A DNA stretch of 64,000 bases from Cyanidioschyzon merolae (taxonomy: Eukaryota), in the NCBI GenBank assembly GCA_000091205.1, contig AP006488.2; one strand, written 5' to 3'. Shown here in pieces: positions 1 through 10,461 of this stretch. The position numbers and the translations under genes are program-made. The first letter of the stretch is position 1. Each line of letters starts with the position of its first letter. The notes under the pieces were generated by a model. That model did not search any database. It saw nothing but the letters and a program-made list of their open reading frames with translations, and was not told where the DNA came from.

Positions 1-804
1 TTCTATACCTCGCGATCCATTTCCATCAAAACCGGTAAACCTCGTCAAAACTGGATCTTCGCCCGACATATTGATGAGACTGAGACAACCACCTCATTAA
101 CATATGGTCTCTGATGAAGTCGTCGTCCGTACGGGTGTCAAAACAACGTGTCCAGTAACGAGTCTCAACGATGCTCGGCTAAACGTGTACATTTCGAAAA
201 CCTGCTGCGTGCCTCGATCGCCACACAGCGACATCCTCTGAGCAAACAGTTTTGTCTATATCTATACCATAATTTCCTTTTCTTTCATTCCACGGCGCGA
301 TCGCTCCAAGCCGCAGAGGCTGCGCTCGCGGCGGTCCGCAGTGACGCGCCCTGCGATCTGTGCGTCGCCCTCTGTAGCATGCCTTGTGCCGACGGTGCAG
401 AGCGTATCGAAGCTTGCGTCAAAACGACAACTCCGTCAGCATAACACGTTGTCGAAGGACGTATTTCGGAAACCTGGAGGGAGACTGTGTTCCGTGACCA
501 AGCATCCTCGTGCGAGGTCGGCCGATTCCACTTTTAAGACGTTCAGCGGCGGCGTACGAGTGGAGAGAGATCACGCAACGCGGCAAGGTGTGGTGCGGCT
601 GTTGCCAGGTTTCGTGCCTGAAGAGAGGCCGCGCTTGCCGTTAACTTCTGACCTTTGGCGACTGAAAAGCCATTCTAAATCACCAGAACGGGACTATTGG
701 GGTTTGCAATCTTCCAGCAGAGCCCTCTGGGCACACATTTGACGTCCAGAGAACGGTGAAGCTCGGACAACAGCACCCGCCGGCAGCATTATTGCTCGCG
801 TACT

Positions 805-3183
805 GTGCGCTCCATGCAAGCCCCCAAAACTGGTATATGGGAGGGCCATGCAGAGCGTGAACCTACCCCGACGCAACAAGGGATGGATAGCGAGCGCTCT
901 CGTGCGGAGTCCGCGGTGCGTTCCGCTCCGGTGGCGATACCCCGTCGAGGTGCTCAGAGCACTGGGGGTCGTAGCGCGAGCACTAGTTCCGGTGGCTCTG
1001 GCTCCACCGGATCGCGAAACTTTGAAGACGTTATGCCTGAGGACTTGCGACCATCAAGTCCGAAAACAGCGCATGACTGGCCGCGCGCGATGTCACCTCG
1101 GGGACCCGCTTTCCTGGCGTTTCGAAACACCGCGGGGAACGATTCTCGAGAAGTGCCTCAAGCGGAATCCAATGGTGCTCGCGATACCACGGAAGCGGCC
1201 GTTTTGGAAATCGATGAACAGATCGACTCCCGACCGACTGCTCCGTCGTCGCCTCCGCCGCCGGCGTCCACGCTCCATGTGCAGCAACGGATGCCGCCGG
1301 ATGCTTCGGTGCATCCGGCCGTGGCGGCTGCCGCGGCTGCAGCGGCATCCTCGTCCAACTCACCGCGAACGCAGCCGACCAATGCAGGGAGCATCGGTTT
1401 ATCAGGTTCGCTGAACACTGACTTGCTGACATCAGCCCGATCAGGTACGCCGGGCAGCTGGGACGCGCGTCGCTCTCCGTCGCCGACGCCGGAACCCACC
1501 TCAGTGTTTTACGGGTTACCGGCGCTGAGCGAGGTGCAGAATCCACGAGCTCGTCGTGAGCTCTTGTGCCGAAAATTGCATCTGTGTTGCGAGATCTACG
1601 ATTTCATGGACCCGACGAAGGACATCGTGGATAAGGAAGGCAAACGGATTGCGCTGATCGAAATCGCAGATGCGCTGTCGAACATGAAAGGCATCTTAAC
1701 GGATGAGGTCTGCGCCGCTCTGGTTGAAATGATCACGAAAAATCTGTTTAGAACGCTTCATATGTCGCCGCCGACTGCACCGGAGGCGATTCTGGCGGGC
1801 GAGCTCGAAGAAGACGAACCCACTCTGGAACCAGCTTGGCCACATCTACATGTTGTCTATGAAATACTGCTACGATTCGTGACGTCCCCAGACCTCGATC
1901 CCCGCACGGCGCGGCGGTATATCGATCAGAAGTTTCTGTTGGGACTTTTGGACCTATTTGACTCAGAAGATCCCCGGGAACGCGATTATCTGAAGATGAT
2001 CCTACACCGGATTTATGGAAAGTTCATGCCGCTGCGGCCTTTTATTCGACGATCGATCGCCAATGTATTCTTTTATTTTGTATTCGAGTCAGAGCGGCAT
2101 AATGGCATCGCGGAGTTGCTGGAAATCCTGGGATCAATCATTAATGGCTTCGCGTTGCCACTCAAGGAGGAACACAAGAATTTTCTACGCAAGGCACTCA
2201 TTCCATTACATATTCCGCGCACAGTTGCGCTGTACCACCAGCAGCTGGTGTACTGCATGACTCAGTTCGTGGAAAAGTATCCGCCACTTGCCGTGGATAT
2301 CTTGAGAGGTTTACTGCGATACTGGCCGCTCACAAACTCCCAGAAAGAAGTGCTCTTTCTTGCCGAGCTCGAGGAGATCATCGAGCAGACGCATCCACGC
2401 GAATTCAGTATCGTTCTGGAGGATCTTTTCCGGCGCATCGCCAAGTGCATGCAGTCGCCACACTTTCAGGTGGCTGAGCGCACCCTGTTTCTTTGGAATA
2501 ACGAATACCTGGTATCTCTAATTTTGCAATATCGCGAAAGGGTCTTTCCTATTGTATTTGGGGCGCTCGTACATAACGAGCGGAATCACTGGAATCCCAC
2601 TGTAACCAATTTGACTTGCAACGTGCGAAAGCTAATGATCGAGATGGACCTTCCGCTCTTCGAACGATGTGCACGTTTGCACGAGCGGCTACATGCGCAA
2701 AAGGCGGATGCTGAGCGTGACGACGACGGCAAACGACACCCGGACGGGGACAACATGCCGCATATGTCCGTCGTGAACGCGCCGATGGCTGTCCCAGGTA
2801 GCAGAGGAGCCTCGAAACTGCCGCTCACGGAGCCGATTCCTATTCAGAGCACAGGCAATGCGGCGGGCGCGAGGCGGCGAACTCCGCGGACACTGGGGGC
2901 TCCAGATGCACCAGAGACGTTGCGAGCCTCGTGCGTCGACCCTGGAGAACACCTGAGTTCATCAGCAACGGGGACCGGCGCGCATCAGGAAGAGTCTTGG
3001 AGCACGAACGGCGCCTCGGAGGATCCGAGTGATGAGACGCTTTACGCGCGCTCGTCATCGACTCGAGAGCGCATGCTTGTGAAACCCCGGGAAACGACGA
3101 CCTTTGAGTCGTACAGAGGACAGGCAGGTCAAGATTTTGTGGCGAAAATGCATGCGATGGACCTGGGCCATGAGAAGCACTGA
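805..3183 (+). CDS. Protein phosphatase 2A regulatory subunit B56 (B-prime) family, with long low-complexity N- and C-terminal extensions
   Basis: 792-aa ORF. The core (about 1500-2700) carries B56 signatures: 'ELLCRKLHLCCEIYDFMDPTKDIVDKEGKRIALIEIADALS', 'EPAWPHLHVVYEILLRFV', 'DPRERDYLKMILHRIYGKFMPLRPFIRRSIANVFFYFVFESERHNGIAELLEILGSIINGFALPLKEEHKNFL', 'YHQQLVYCMTQFVEKYP'. The true start Met is uncertain (805 or a downstream Met). Confidence 0.85.
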   Translation: MRSMQAPKTGIWEGHAEREPTPTQQGMDSERSRAESAVRSAPVAIPRRGAQSTGGRSASTSSGGSGSTGSRNFEDVMPEDLRPSSPKTAHDWPRAMSPRGPAFLAFRNTAGNDSREVPQAESNGARDTTEAAVLEIDEQIDSRPTAPSSPPPPASTLHVQQRMPPDASVHPAVAAAAAAAASSSNSPRTQPTNAGSIGLSGSLNTDLLTSARSGTPGSWDARRSPSPTPEPTSVFYGLPALSEVQNPRARRELLCRKLHLCCEIYDFMDPTKDIVDKEGKRIALIEIADALSNMKGILTDEVCAALVEMITKNLFRTLHMSPPTAPEAILAGELEEDEPTLEPAWPHLHVVYEILLRFVTSPDLDPRTARRYIDQKFLLGLLDLFDSEDPRERDYLKMILHRIYGKFMPLRPFIRRSIANVFFYFVFESERHNGIAELLEILGSIINGFALPLKEEHKNFLRKALIPLHIPRTVALYHQQLVYCMTQFVEKYPPLAVDILRGLLRYWPLTNSQKEVLFLAELEEIIEQTHPREFSIVLEDLFRRIAKCMQSPHFQVAERTLFLWNNEYLVSLILQYRERVFPIVFGALVHNERNHWNPTVTNLTCNVRKLMIEMDLPLFERCARLHERLHAQKADAERDDDGKRHPDGDNMPHMSVVNAPMAVPGSRGASKLPLTEPIPIQSTGNAAGARRRTPRTLGAPDAPETLRASCVDPGEHLSSSATGTGAHQEESWSTNGASEDPSDETLYARSSSTRERMLVKPRETTTFESYRGQAGQDFVAKMHAMDLGHEKH

Positions 3184-6100
3184 GCCCAAGTTCGACGAAA
3201 ATCCATAGCAGGCGCGTGGGCTGTGCGTTGCGACCAGCGAAAGCACGCGCTTCTGTGTTCGAGTTTGTTTGTTTGTTTGTGTGTCGCATGCAGCGGTATA
3301 CAAGGCATCAGATGCCTCGATACTCGTGATGGCACTGAGATCGGCCTGGACGGCGACTCTGGAGCGGATCTGGTGCTTCCGCGGGGCCGCGTCGCTTCCC
3401 GGGGATCTGACCAAGGATGCGGCGCTTCGCAAATGCTTCATCGGATGCACTAGTTCGATGCCACGGTCGCGCAGCTTACGCATGCGTGTGCCCAGATACC
3501 AAAGCGCGTCTTCAGAACGAGCTTGCGACGCGTTTCATGCAAACGCAAGGCGCTCTTGTTGTGAGCGCGCTCGTGTCATGGACTGCATAATCGAGACTAA
3601 CAGATGTGATGGCTTGAAGCGCTTGGTTGGACGTCGTCGGTCGTGCGCCCTGGCGGTGATACCCGAGCCCCTCCTGTTTATCCAGCATGAACGCGCGCCA
3701 CTTTTCCATGCGTACCTGCCCCGCGCGCTTGCTTGGGTAGTTGCGCCAAACCGCGCGTCGACCTGTCATAGTCACCAGGAGCGTCGTGAACGAGCTTGCC
3801 CTGGGCGCAACGCTTCCGGGCGTGCAGCGGCATCCCACGAGGTTACCCTGGAGACGATCTCGCGACGACCGGTTGCCTTTGGTAAGCACCGGGTACTTTT
3901 CTCGATAGCGAACCACTGAGGACCGGACTCATGTTGTACAATAATGTCTTCTAAAGCGAAAGAATCTTAATCCGATGCCAAAATCGCACGCAACTCACAG
4001 ATGCAGCTATGTGTGGTGCATCCTTGCAGTTCCACCGCGATCGCCAGCATCGACACTGGAACACCCGGGCGAGCTCCGTAGCGATCAGTTTTCAGGTTCC
4101 AGGGCAGCAGGGACGAGCTCGTGACGTCTCGGGCAAGCCTTCCGTTGCTGGCGGTACACTAGCGGTTACCGGATTGCGTCAAGACTCGAAGGTGATGCGA
4201 TGAACGCACACCCTGTGTTGGGCCCGTGGGATTGAGTCCACTGGGAGCTGGAAGGCTTTGAATGGGAGCCTCAAGGTTCCCGGGGTATTGGAAGCCCGCC
4301 AGCGAACTACCCTGCGGGTGCACCGGTGCCCATGGGCGGCTCCAAGCTTCCCTGGATGCAGGGACACGGCAGCGTGCATTGCTGTTGTTGAGCCTGGCTC
4401 GAGAGACTCGGGCGGGTATGCACGCTTGAACGTAGCCAAGGCGACATTGGGATTTTCGTACCTTCGAGCTGCGGCAACTCTTTGAAGATTTACGTTATGT
4501 AAACTGCACTAATGCCAGAATAAACTGGAACTGGTGGTCTCATTCAGGAGTACACCCTAGCGTACGAGTCGCTTTCCGTTGTTAAGAAAACTAGTCTCTA
4601 CGGGCTTTGAAGGCGACTGCTTCATGCTCCTCCTACTTATCTCCGGCCTGAAATACGCCAGTTTATGCTGTCCGTCCATCGATGTTGATGGCATCGTTAA
4701 AGTCACGATTTTGCTTCCTCTAGACACTGTTCACGCATATCATGGACAGGTGGAAGTTGCGATCGACGATTCGCTTACCGTGCTCATCAGCTTCGTTTGC
4801 AATCTCGCTGCGCGCTTCGCAGCGTTGACACTGAACGGGGTTTTGAGGTTCCCATTAGTCTATGGCATGTTCTGGCCCGAGTGGCGCCCTGTGGCACGTA
4901 GACTAATGGGAACCGTCTTGGACACACGCTGTCCTAGTACAGCAGGCTACCCGCCATGAACTCCTCGGTTCGCGCGCCCGTTGCCGAACCCTACGATCAC
5001 GGCGTCTTCTGGGCGGTCTTCTCAGCGAGTACTCTGTCTGCTGCGCGAGGACGCAAATGCTGTCGTGCTCTTCGATAGGGGATTTCTGGAACGCGATGTT
5101 CTTTATGGTTGAACAAGAACCGGGAGGAGAATCCAGGTTCAGAACAATTCGAGAAATTACAATCTGTCTGCGCTTCCGTTGTGCAAAGCAGTGACGTATT
5201 TTCGATTCCACACGGTCGCTGCGATGACACGAGTCCGACTCCAAAACCCTTTGCGATGGGAGCGGTAGAGACGGCACCCGCTGGTAGCACATCCGGTGTG
5301 CAGGAACGTGCTGGTGACGAATCCCGCGTAGTCGATGTTCACTGAGAGGGAGGGTTTTGTGTTTCGGACAGATTTGACTATTATTCGGCGTGAAATGTTC
5401 AGTGTACAAGTCTGCTCGAGCAAGTGCGTCGAGATTCTTTTATCTTCAATGCAAGGACGCCAATCGATGCGCCTATGAGGTGCCTTGAAACAGAACTAGT
5501 GAAAACTCGTAGAATGCGTGATTTGAGCGTGCTATAAGTTCGGAATGGCAGGATTCAGAGGCTCGAACGCGTGAACCGGATAATGAAAGTGGCTATTTTA
5601 GGAACCGTTATTGGAGAACGTTGCGAATTATCTTGATTTCGGTGATGTAACACATGCCAGCTACAAAGCGGCGACGTAGCCACTCCAAAGAAACGACTGA
5701 GAATCCTCATGCAATACGTGAATCGATTCGCTTTTCCGCTTGCACTGCAAATGTTTGGCGTGTGTGCAGTTCGCAAAGCTCTGAACTATCGATATACTGC
5801 AGCTGGGCGAGCAGTCCAGTGTTCTATTTTAATTTGGCTGAATCTGAACGGCAACAAAGTGTCGGCATGGAGGTTGCCCCAGCTCTCTGCGACGCCTATT
5901 CGGATGTTGGAACAACGTCCTAGATTCGTGATTCGCCCCAAGGGTCGCTTGATTGCGTTTACACTTCACGGACGAACTCGGAAACAGCGATAGAGATCGT
6001 CAACGACCTGCTACCCGGAAGCCTTCTGGCGAGTTCACTGCCTTGACTATACCTGCAACAACTGGCAGCGAGCGCTACACAGTTCGATACTCGGATCCTG

Positions 6101-6659
6101 TACTGTACAAGGGCTTCATTTTGTTGGGTGCACGCATGCACTGCAGCCAACACTCAGAGGCTGTTGGTATGGATCAAGTCACACGTTTCGGGCACCAGTG
6201 CGCTGTGCTGGTGGTGCGTTCGACGCGGGTTTCGTCGAAGCCCCCGAAACCCCACGGAGCTGACCGCTGGCTTCGTGTCCTCTCCTGGTCTGTGGACGCT
6301 TCGACATTGCAACAGCGCAGAAAACGGTTGCCGAATGCGGTTCTTTGGCGCTTATCCCGTCTTTGGAAAGAGACAACGAGCGTACCGACTTGAGCCCGGA
6401 AAGCACGCGTGTCTCGACTTGTGCATGAGTATCCAGATCTTACGCAAAAAGACCTATTCTGTTCTGGTTTACAATTTTGGGATTAGGCGTTGTCGTAGAC
6501 GAGCGCTCACTCTGAGACGTAACCGGGTTTCGTTCAGTTGAAGAAGCGACCCGGGTGGGTCAGGAGCGCACCTGGTTCCGTCTGCCGCTGCGTACGAGGG
6601 TGCAAAACGCTTTTTTACAAGCATTCGTGTGAGAGCTGCTATTCTAGCCGCTGATCATC

Positions 6660-7226
6660 TTGAGTATGAACGACGCCAGCGCAGAGGAAAGTTGCACGCG
6701 GCTATCGCCGATCCACTTGGAAGCCTGGATCAAGAAGAACAGAGACCTGTTGCGACCGCCGGTGGGCAACGTCGTCCTGGCAGATGGTGGATTTCTCGTA
6801 ATGCTCGTCGGTGGTCCCAACGTCCGAACCGACTACCATATTGAGAACTATGAAGAAATCTTTTACCAGATTGAGGGCGATATTTCATTAAAAATCGTTG
6901 ACGAACACCAGAGTCCTCCCGCGTTCAAGGAGGTGCGTATCAGAGAGGGCGAGCTCTTTGTACTTCCAGCAAGGGTCCCGCATTCTCCGCAGCGACCAGC
7001 TGGGACTGTCGGCCTGGTCATCGAGCGAAAGCGAGCCGCCGACGACCTCGATATCCTGCGATGGTACTGCCAGTCCTGTAGTGCGGTTCTCCACTCGAGC
7101 GAGTTTCACTGCAAGGATATCGGAAAGGATCTCGTCCCCATTATTCGAGAATATTTCGCTGATCGTTGTCTACGCACCTGCCGTCATTGTGGTTGGATCG
7201 AGCCTGCGCCCACAGAGCAGCGATAG
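6660..7226 (+). CDS. HAAO: 3-hydroxyanthranilate 3,4-dioxygenase (cupin; kynurenine pathway, quinolinate/NAD synthesis)
   Basis: 188-aa ORF with 'LLRPPVGNVVLADGGFLVMLVGGPNVRTDYHIENYEEIFYQIEGDISLKIVDEH...ELFVLPARVPHSPQRPAGTVGLVIERKR...LRWYC..C', typical of the HAAO/BNA1 family, including the C-terminal Cys-rich rubredoxin-like tail. Confidence 0.8.
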   Translation: MSMNDASAEESCTRLSPIHLEAWIKKNRDLLRPPVGNVVLADGGFLVMLVGGPNVRTDYHIENYEEIFYQIEGDISLKIVDEHQSPPAFKEVRIREGELFVLPARVPHSPQRPAGTVGLVIERKRAADDLDILRWYCQSCSAVLHSSEFHCKDIGKDLVPIIREYFADRCLRTCRHCGWIEPAPTEQR

Positions 7227-8719
7227 AAGCTGCGTATCCCGTGACGGTGATCGGTATTCGCTACCTTGAAGAGTCGAGACCTCTCAGAAGACATGAAGCA
7301 GCGTTACGTTTCGATGGAATCAGCGGTGCCTGCTGCATTTTCTGACGGATGGCGCTCATCGGCTCATACCTGCGAATCCGCCTCGAGTTTTCGTGGGCTT
7401 GTGTATACGTTTGTGCACGCTGCATATCAGATAGCGACTTGAGGGCTTCCAGAGGCTGAAGTAGCGTAGCCGAGTAGAGGCTCATGGCTAGGATAGAACG
7501 TGTACGTCGTCAAAAAATATTCCACTGGGGCTGCCCTGTCCAGTGTGTGTACCCGCTTTTCACGGCGGACTGTGAGCGTACCGGGGCCAGCGCAACGACG
7601 TTCATAGCACCCGAGCTTTGCCATATTTCAGCACCAACAGTTTCATACTCGTTTCGCGAGGATACCCGAAATATGCGGGCTTTGATCAGGCTTCTCTGTC
7701 GCCGGCAACCTGGATGAAATGATTACGTTTTGCGACCTGTGCAGCCGAACGACATCCTTGCTGGGAACATTGGCAGCGAGTACCGTTCAGGGGCAAAGCG
7801 CTATACTCCGGAAACTGCATTGACATTTCCATACTTTCTAAATGAGAGCATACTCGGTATCCGTGATGAGAATGTGCGGCTACCACATGCGGCGGCCTGC
7901 ACCGATGCGTGCGTCGGATCGAACATTGTTTTTGGCGCTTTGAAAAGCGACTTGAGGTTGCACCACGGCTTGTGTCTCTTTCGGAACTCATGAGAAGCAT
8001 ATGTACTCCACGTGAATATCTGCATTCATTCACGTCGCGACGGCGCGTATTTTCACTGACGTTAGAAACGGATCGCCATGGTCGAGACGATCATTGTGTG
8101 TATACGTTCTGTTGGCGCTCACGGGTTCTCCATTTGCCACGCTGCTTCACCAGGGACGACGCAGACCAAACTTATGTACAAGCAGCGTGCTCCACTGTGG
8201 TTCCGTTGTTGCACAAGCCGTTCCAGTGACTTTTTGGCCGTCTTTCGAGCAAATGATCTGTTACTTTCATCGTTGAAGCGCCGAAGCCGATGAGCACGGT
8301 GGGGTCCACGCAGACAGCGCAGCCGCTGTGGAGTGCGAGAACGCAAGATGCGGCGAATAAGAGGTTCCACTTCAAGCCATAAATTGACCCCTATTTGCAA
8401 GTTTTCTGAGTCTTGGCAAATATCGGGAAAAGCCGCACCATGCATGCGGCTTTCTACCGGTGCGCAGCAGGCGCGAAGAAACTGTTGTATGGCCCAGACG
8501 ACCCCGATTGCTACATGAGTAGCTTTTTGGCGTGAGCTGACTTCAAGACGAAACGTCATCATTGGGGTGCTGCAGAAACGTGCAGTATGCGACGTGCATC
8601 GACGACACGCCCTGGTGCCGGAAAACACACCATGCCGCTACCGAGTTGAGAGATGCAGGGCAGCCTCAGACGAAGTTGGCAGGTGCGGGACCCGAATACC
8701 TGTAGCTGCTAATCTCTGC

Positions 8720-10167
8720 ACCAGTGTAAGCACAATATGGGAGAGACCCTTTTCTGCTGGCGTACACGCTAACGTTTGGGTCGCGTCCCACGCTGATCGA
8801 CACCAGCCTTTGTTCGCGTTTTCTACCACCGCCTCCTTTTGCTCGCTTTTAGCTCCAGCGTGAACTACGACGGTCTCAACTGTCCCGCCAGCTCCACTTT
8901 CAGGAGTCGAAGCATGTCGATGGCAGCGTTCAGGTCGCGGTTGCGCTGCCTCCGGCTGGTGTCAAGGCTCCGCCAGCACCGGCAAAAAAGGTCGCGATCG
9001 ACGCCTCGCTTGCCACCTTCGTGTTCTTTGAATGGAGCCACGAAGCGGCCCGGCACAGCGGTGACACTTGGCACTGGTCAGAGGCTCGAGCGTATTCACC
9101 ACACCCTGTGAGCCGCGGACGACCCTGTAGCGCGTCAGGGCTCGCTTCATCGCTCGGTAAACGCTCTACCTGGAACAGAAGCGTCCTATCAATACGATTC
9201 TCGGTCTCAACGACTGGTGCACTGTCCTAGAAGCACGGGATTCTCGCCGACGATACCCTGGGCGGGGGCTTTGCCCGCTGCACACACACACACACACACA
9301 TACGTACATCCATCCATCCATACATACATACATACGCACACACAGCATCGTGTGCAGTTCCATTCCATTGAGGGCTGTGGAGCGCGAGTTCTGCATAAGA
9401 TGGAACAATTGCCTTGACGAACTTGCTGGCTCTAGATCGAGTAGAGATACTGCGATCTGTCGAGGCTTCCTGCGACCAAGGCGGTGACACTTGTGGTACC
9501 ACAGGCGATCGCCGCGGTAATCGAGTCCCAAGTCGAGCATTCTTTTCCAAACAAACAGAAGAGACAGTGCTTCTCGGGGCTTGGTAACGAAGCGGTAGCA
9601 TACTGCTGCCGAATGCCGCCTCGATCCTGGTCACAGAGACCCGAGGATTCGTCTCCCGCACGGAATGGATTCCATGACGCCAGGAGTCCAGTGAACTCTC
9701 TGTGTGTGAGCTTGCGAACAGGTCGTCCGAGCACGACATACACTTCTCTCCATCTCCATCGGCCTGCCGGGCGCATATTGCTGCACCCAAGCGTTGCCTC
9801 AATATAGAACGATCGAAAACTTGAGGTATGCACGGCGTGAGCGTGCTGCTCACTCGCAAACGAGAGGACTGGCGGCTTGTACGCGTGCAACGGATGCTCA
9901 TTGCAATGTTTCCGTATGAACCGCTGTACGAGTGTATCGCGAAGCATCCTGACTCTGGTAGCGTGACGAATTCGGGCGGGACAGCGTCGAGGAAGCCGCA
10001 CCAAAACGTCGACCGATGATCCTGAAACGACGCATGAATCCATCATACGTTGTTGGTGCACCTCGAATGTCGAGCGTGTTCGTGTACCAAGAAAACGCTG
10101 GAGACAATATCCAGCGGCATCGACAGAACAAACAGTTCAGCGTTCCAGTTTGAGATCCGGAACGGAT
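8720..10167. repeat. Direct repeat, copy 1 (1448 bp); >98% identical to copy 2 at 17751-19202
   Basis: Both copies begin with 'ccagtgtaagcaca' and end with 'gttccagtttgagatccggaacggatg'. The six-frame ORFs inside are duplicated nearly residue-for-residue (8865-9074 = 17896-18105; 8839-9111 vs 17870-18142 differ by 1 aa). No recognisable protein domain. Confidence 0.85.
9281..9344. repeat. Compound microsatellite (CA)n followed by (CATC/CATA)n inside repeat copy 1
   Basis: 'cacacacacacacacacaca tacgtacatccatccatccatacatacatacatacgcacacaca' read directly. Confidence 0.9.
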
Positions 10168-10461
10168 GTAGACCGTGGCTCCCCATGTAACCAAATCGAA
10201 CGTCTTGAACGTCGTGAATTTCGCAAGAACGACTAGTGGAGCTCCCCGAGCTATCCGTTCAGGATCAGTTGCGGAAACTGGGGACGCTCCTAGCTGAGTG
10301 CATTCTGACGGTCTTCAGGAGCGGGGGGTCGCACACGAGCAAACCACCCACGTAGCAGGTCGTCGGAGTTTCACGCCCCGTTCCAAGGCCAGCAGTTAGA
10401 ACCTGGTTGCCGTAAACTGGGCCAGTCGGTTTGGGGCCTGGGGGTCGTTGCAGGCTTTCGC

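Noticed and set aside
9227-9901. Duplicated ORFs inside the direct repeats (9227-9901/18465-18935, 9432-10061/18664-19095, 8962-9150/17993-18772) as candidate genes
   Set aside because: Their duplication simply reflects the DNA repeat. The peptides are compositionally odd, overlap each other in several frames and carry no recognisable domain.
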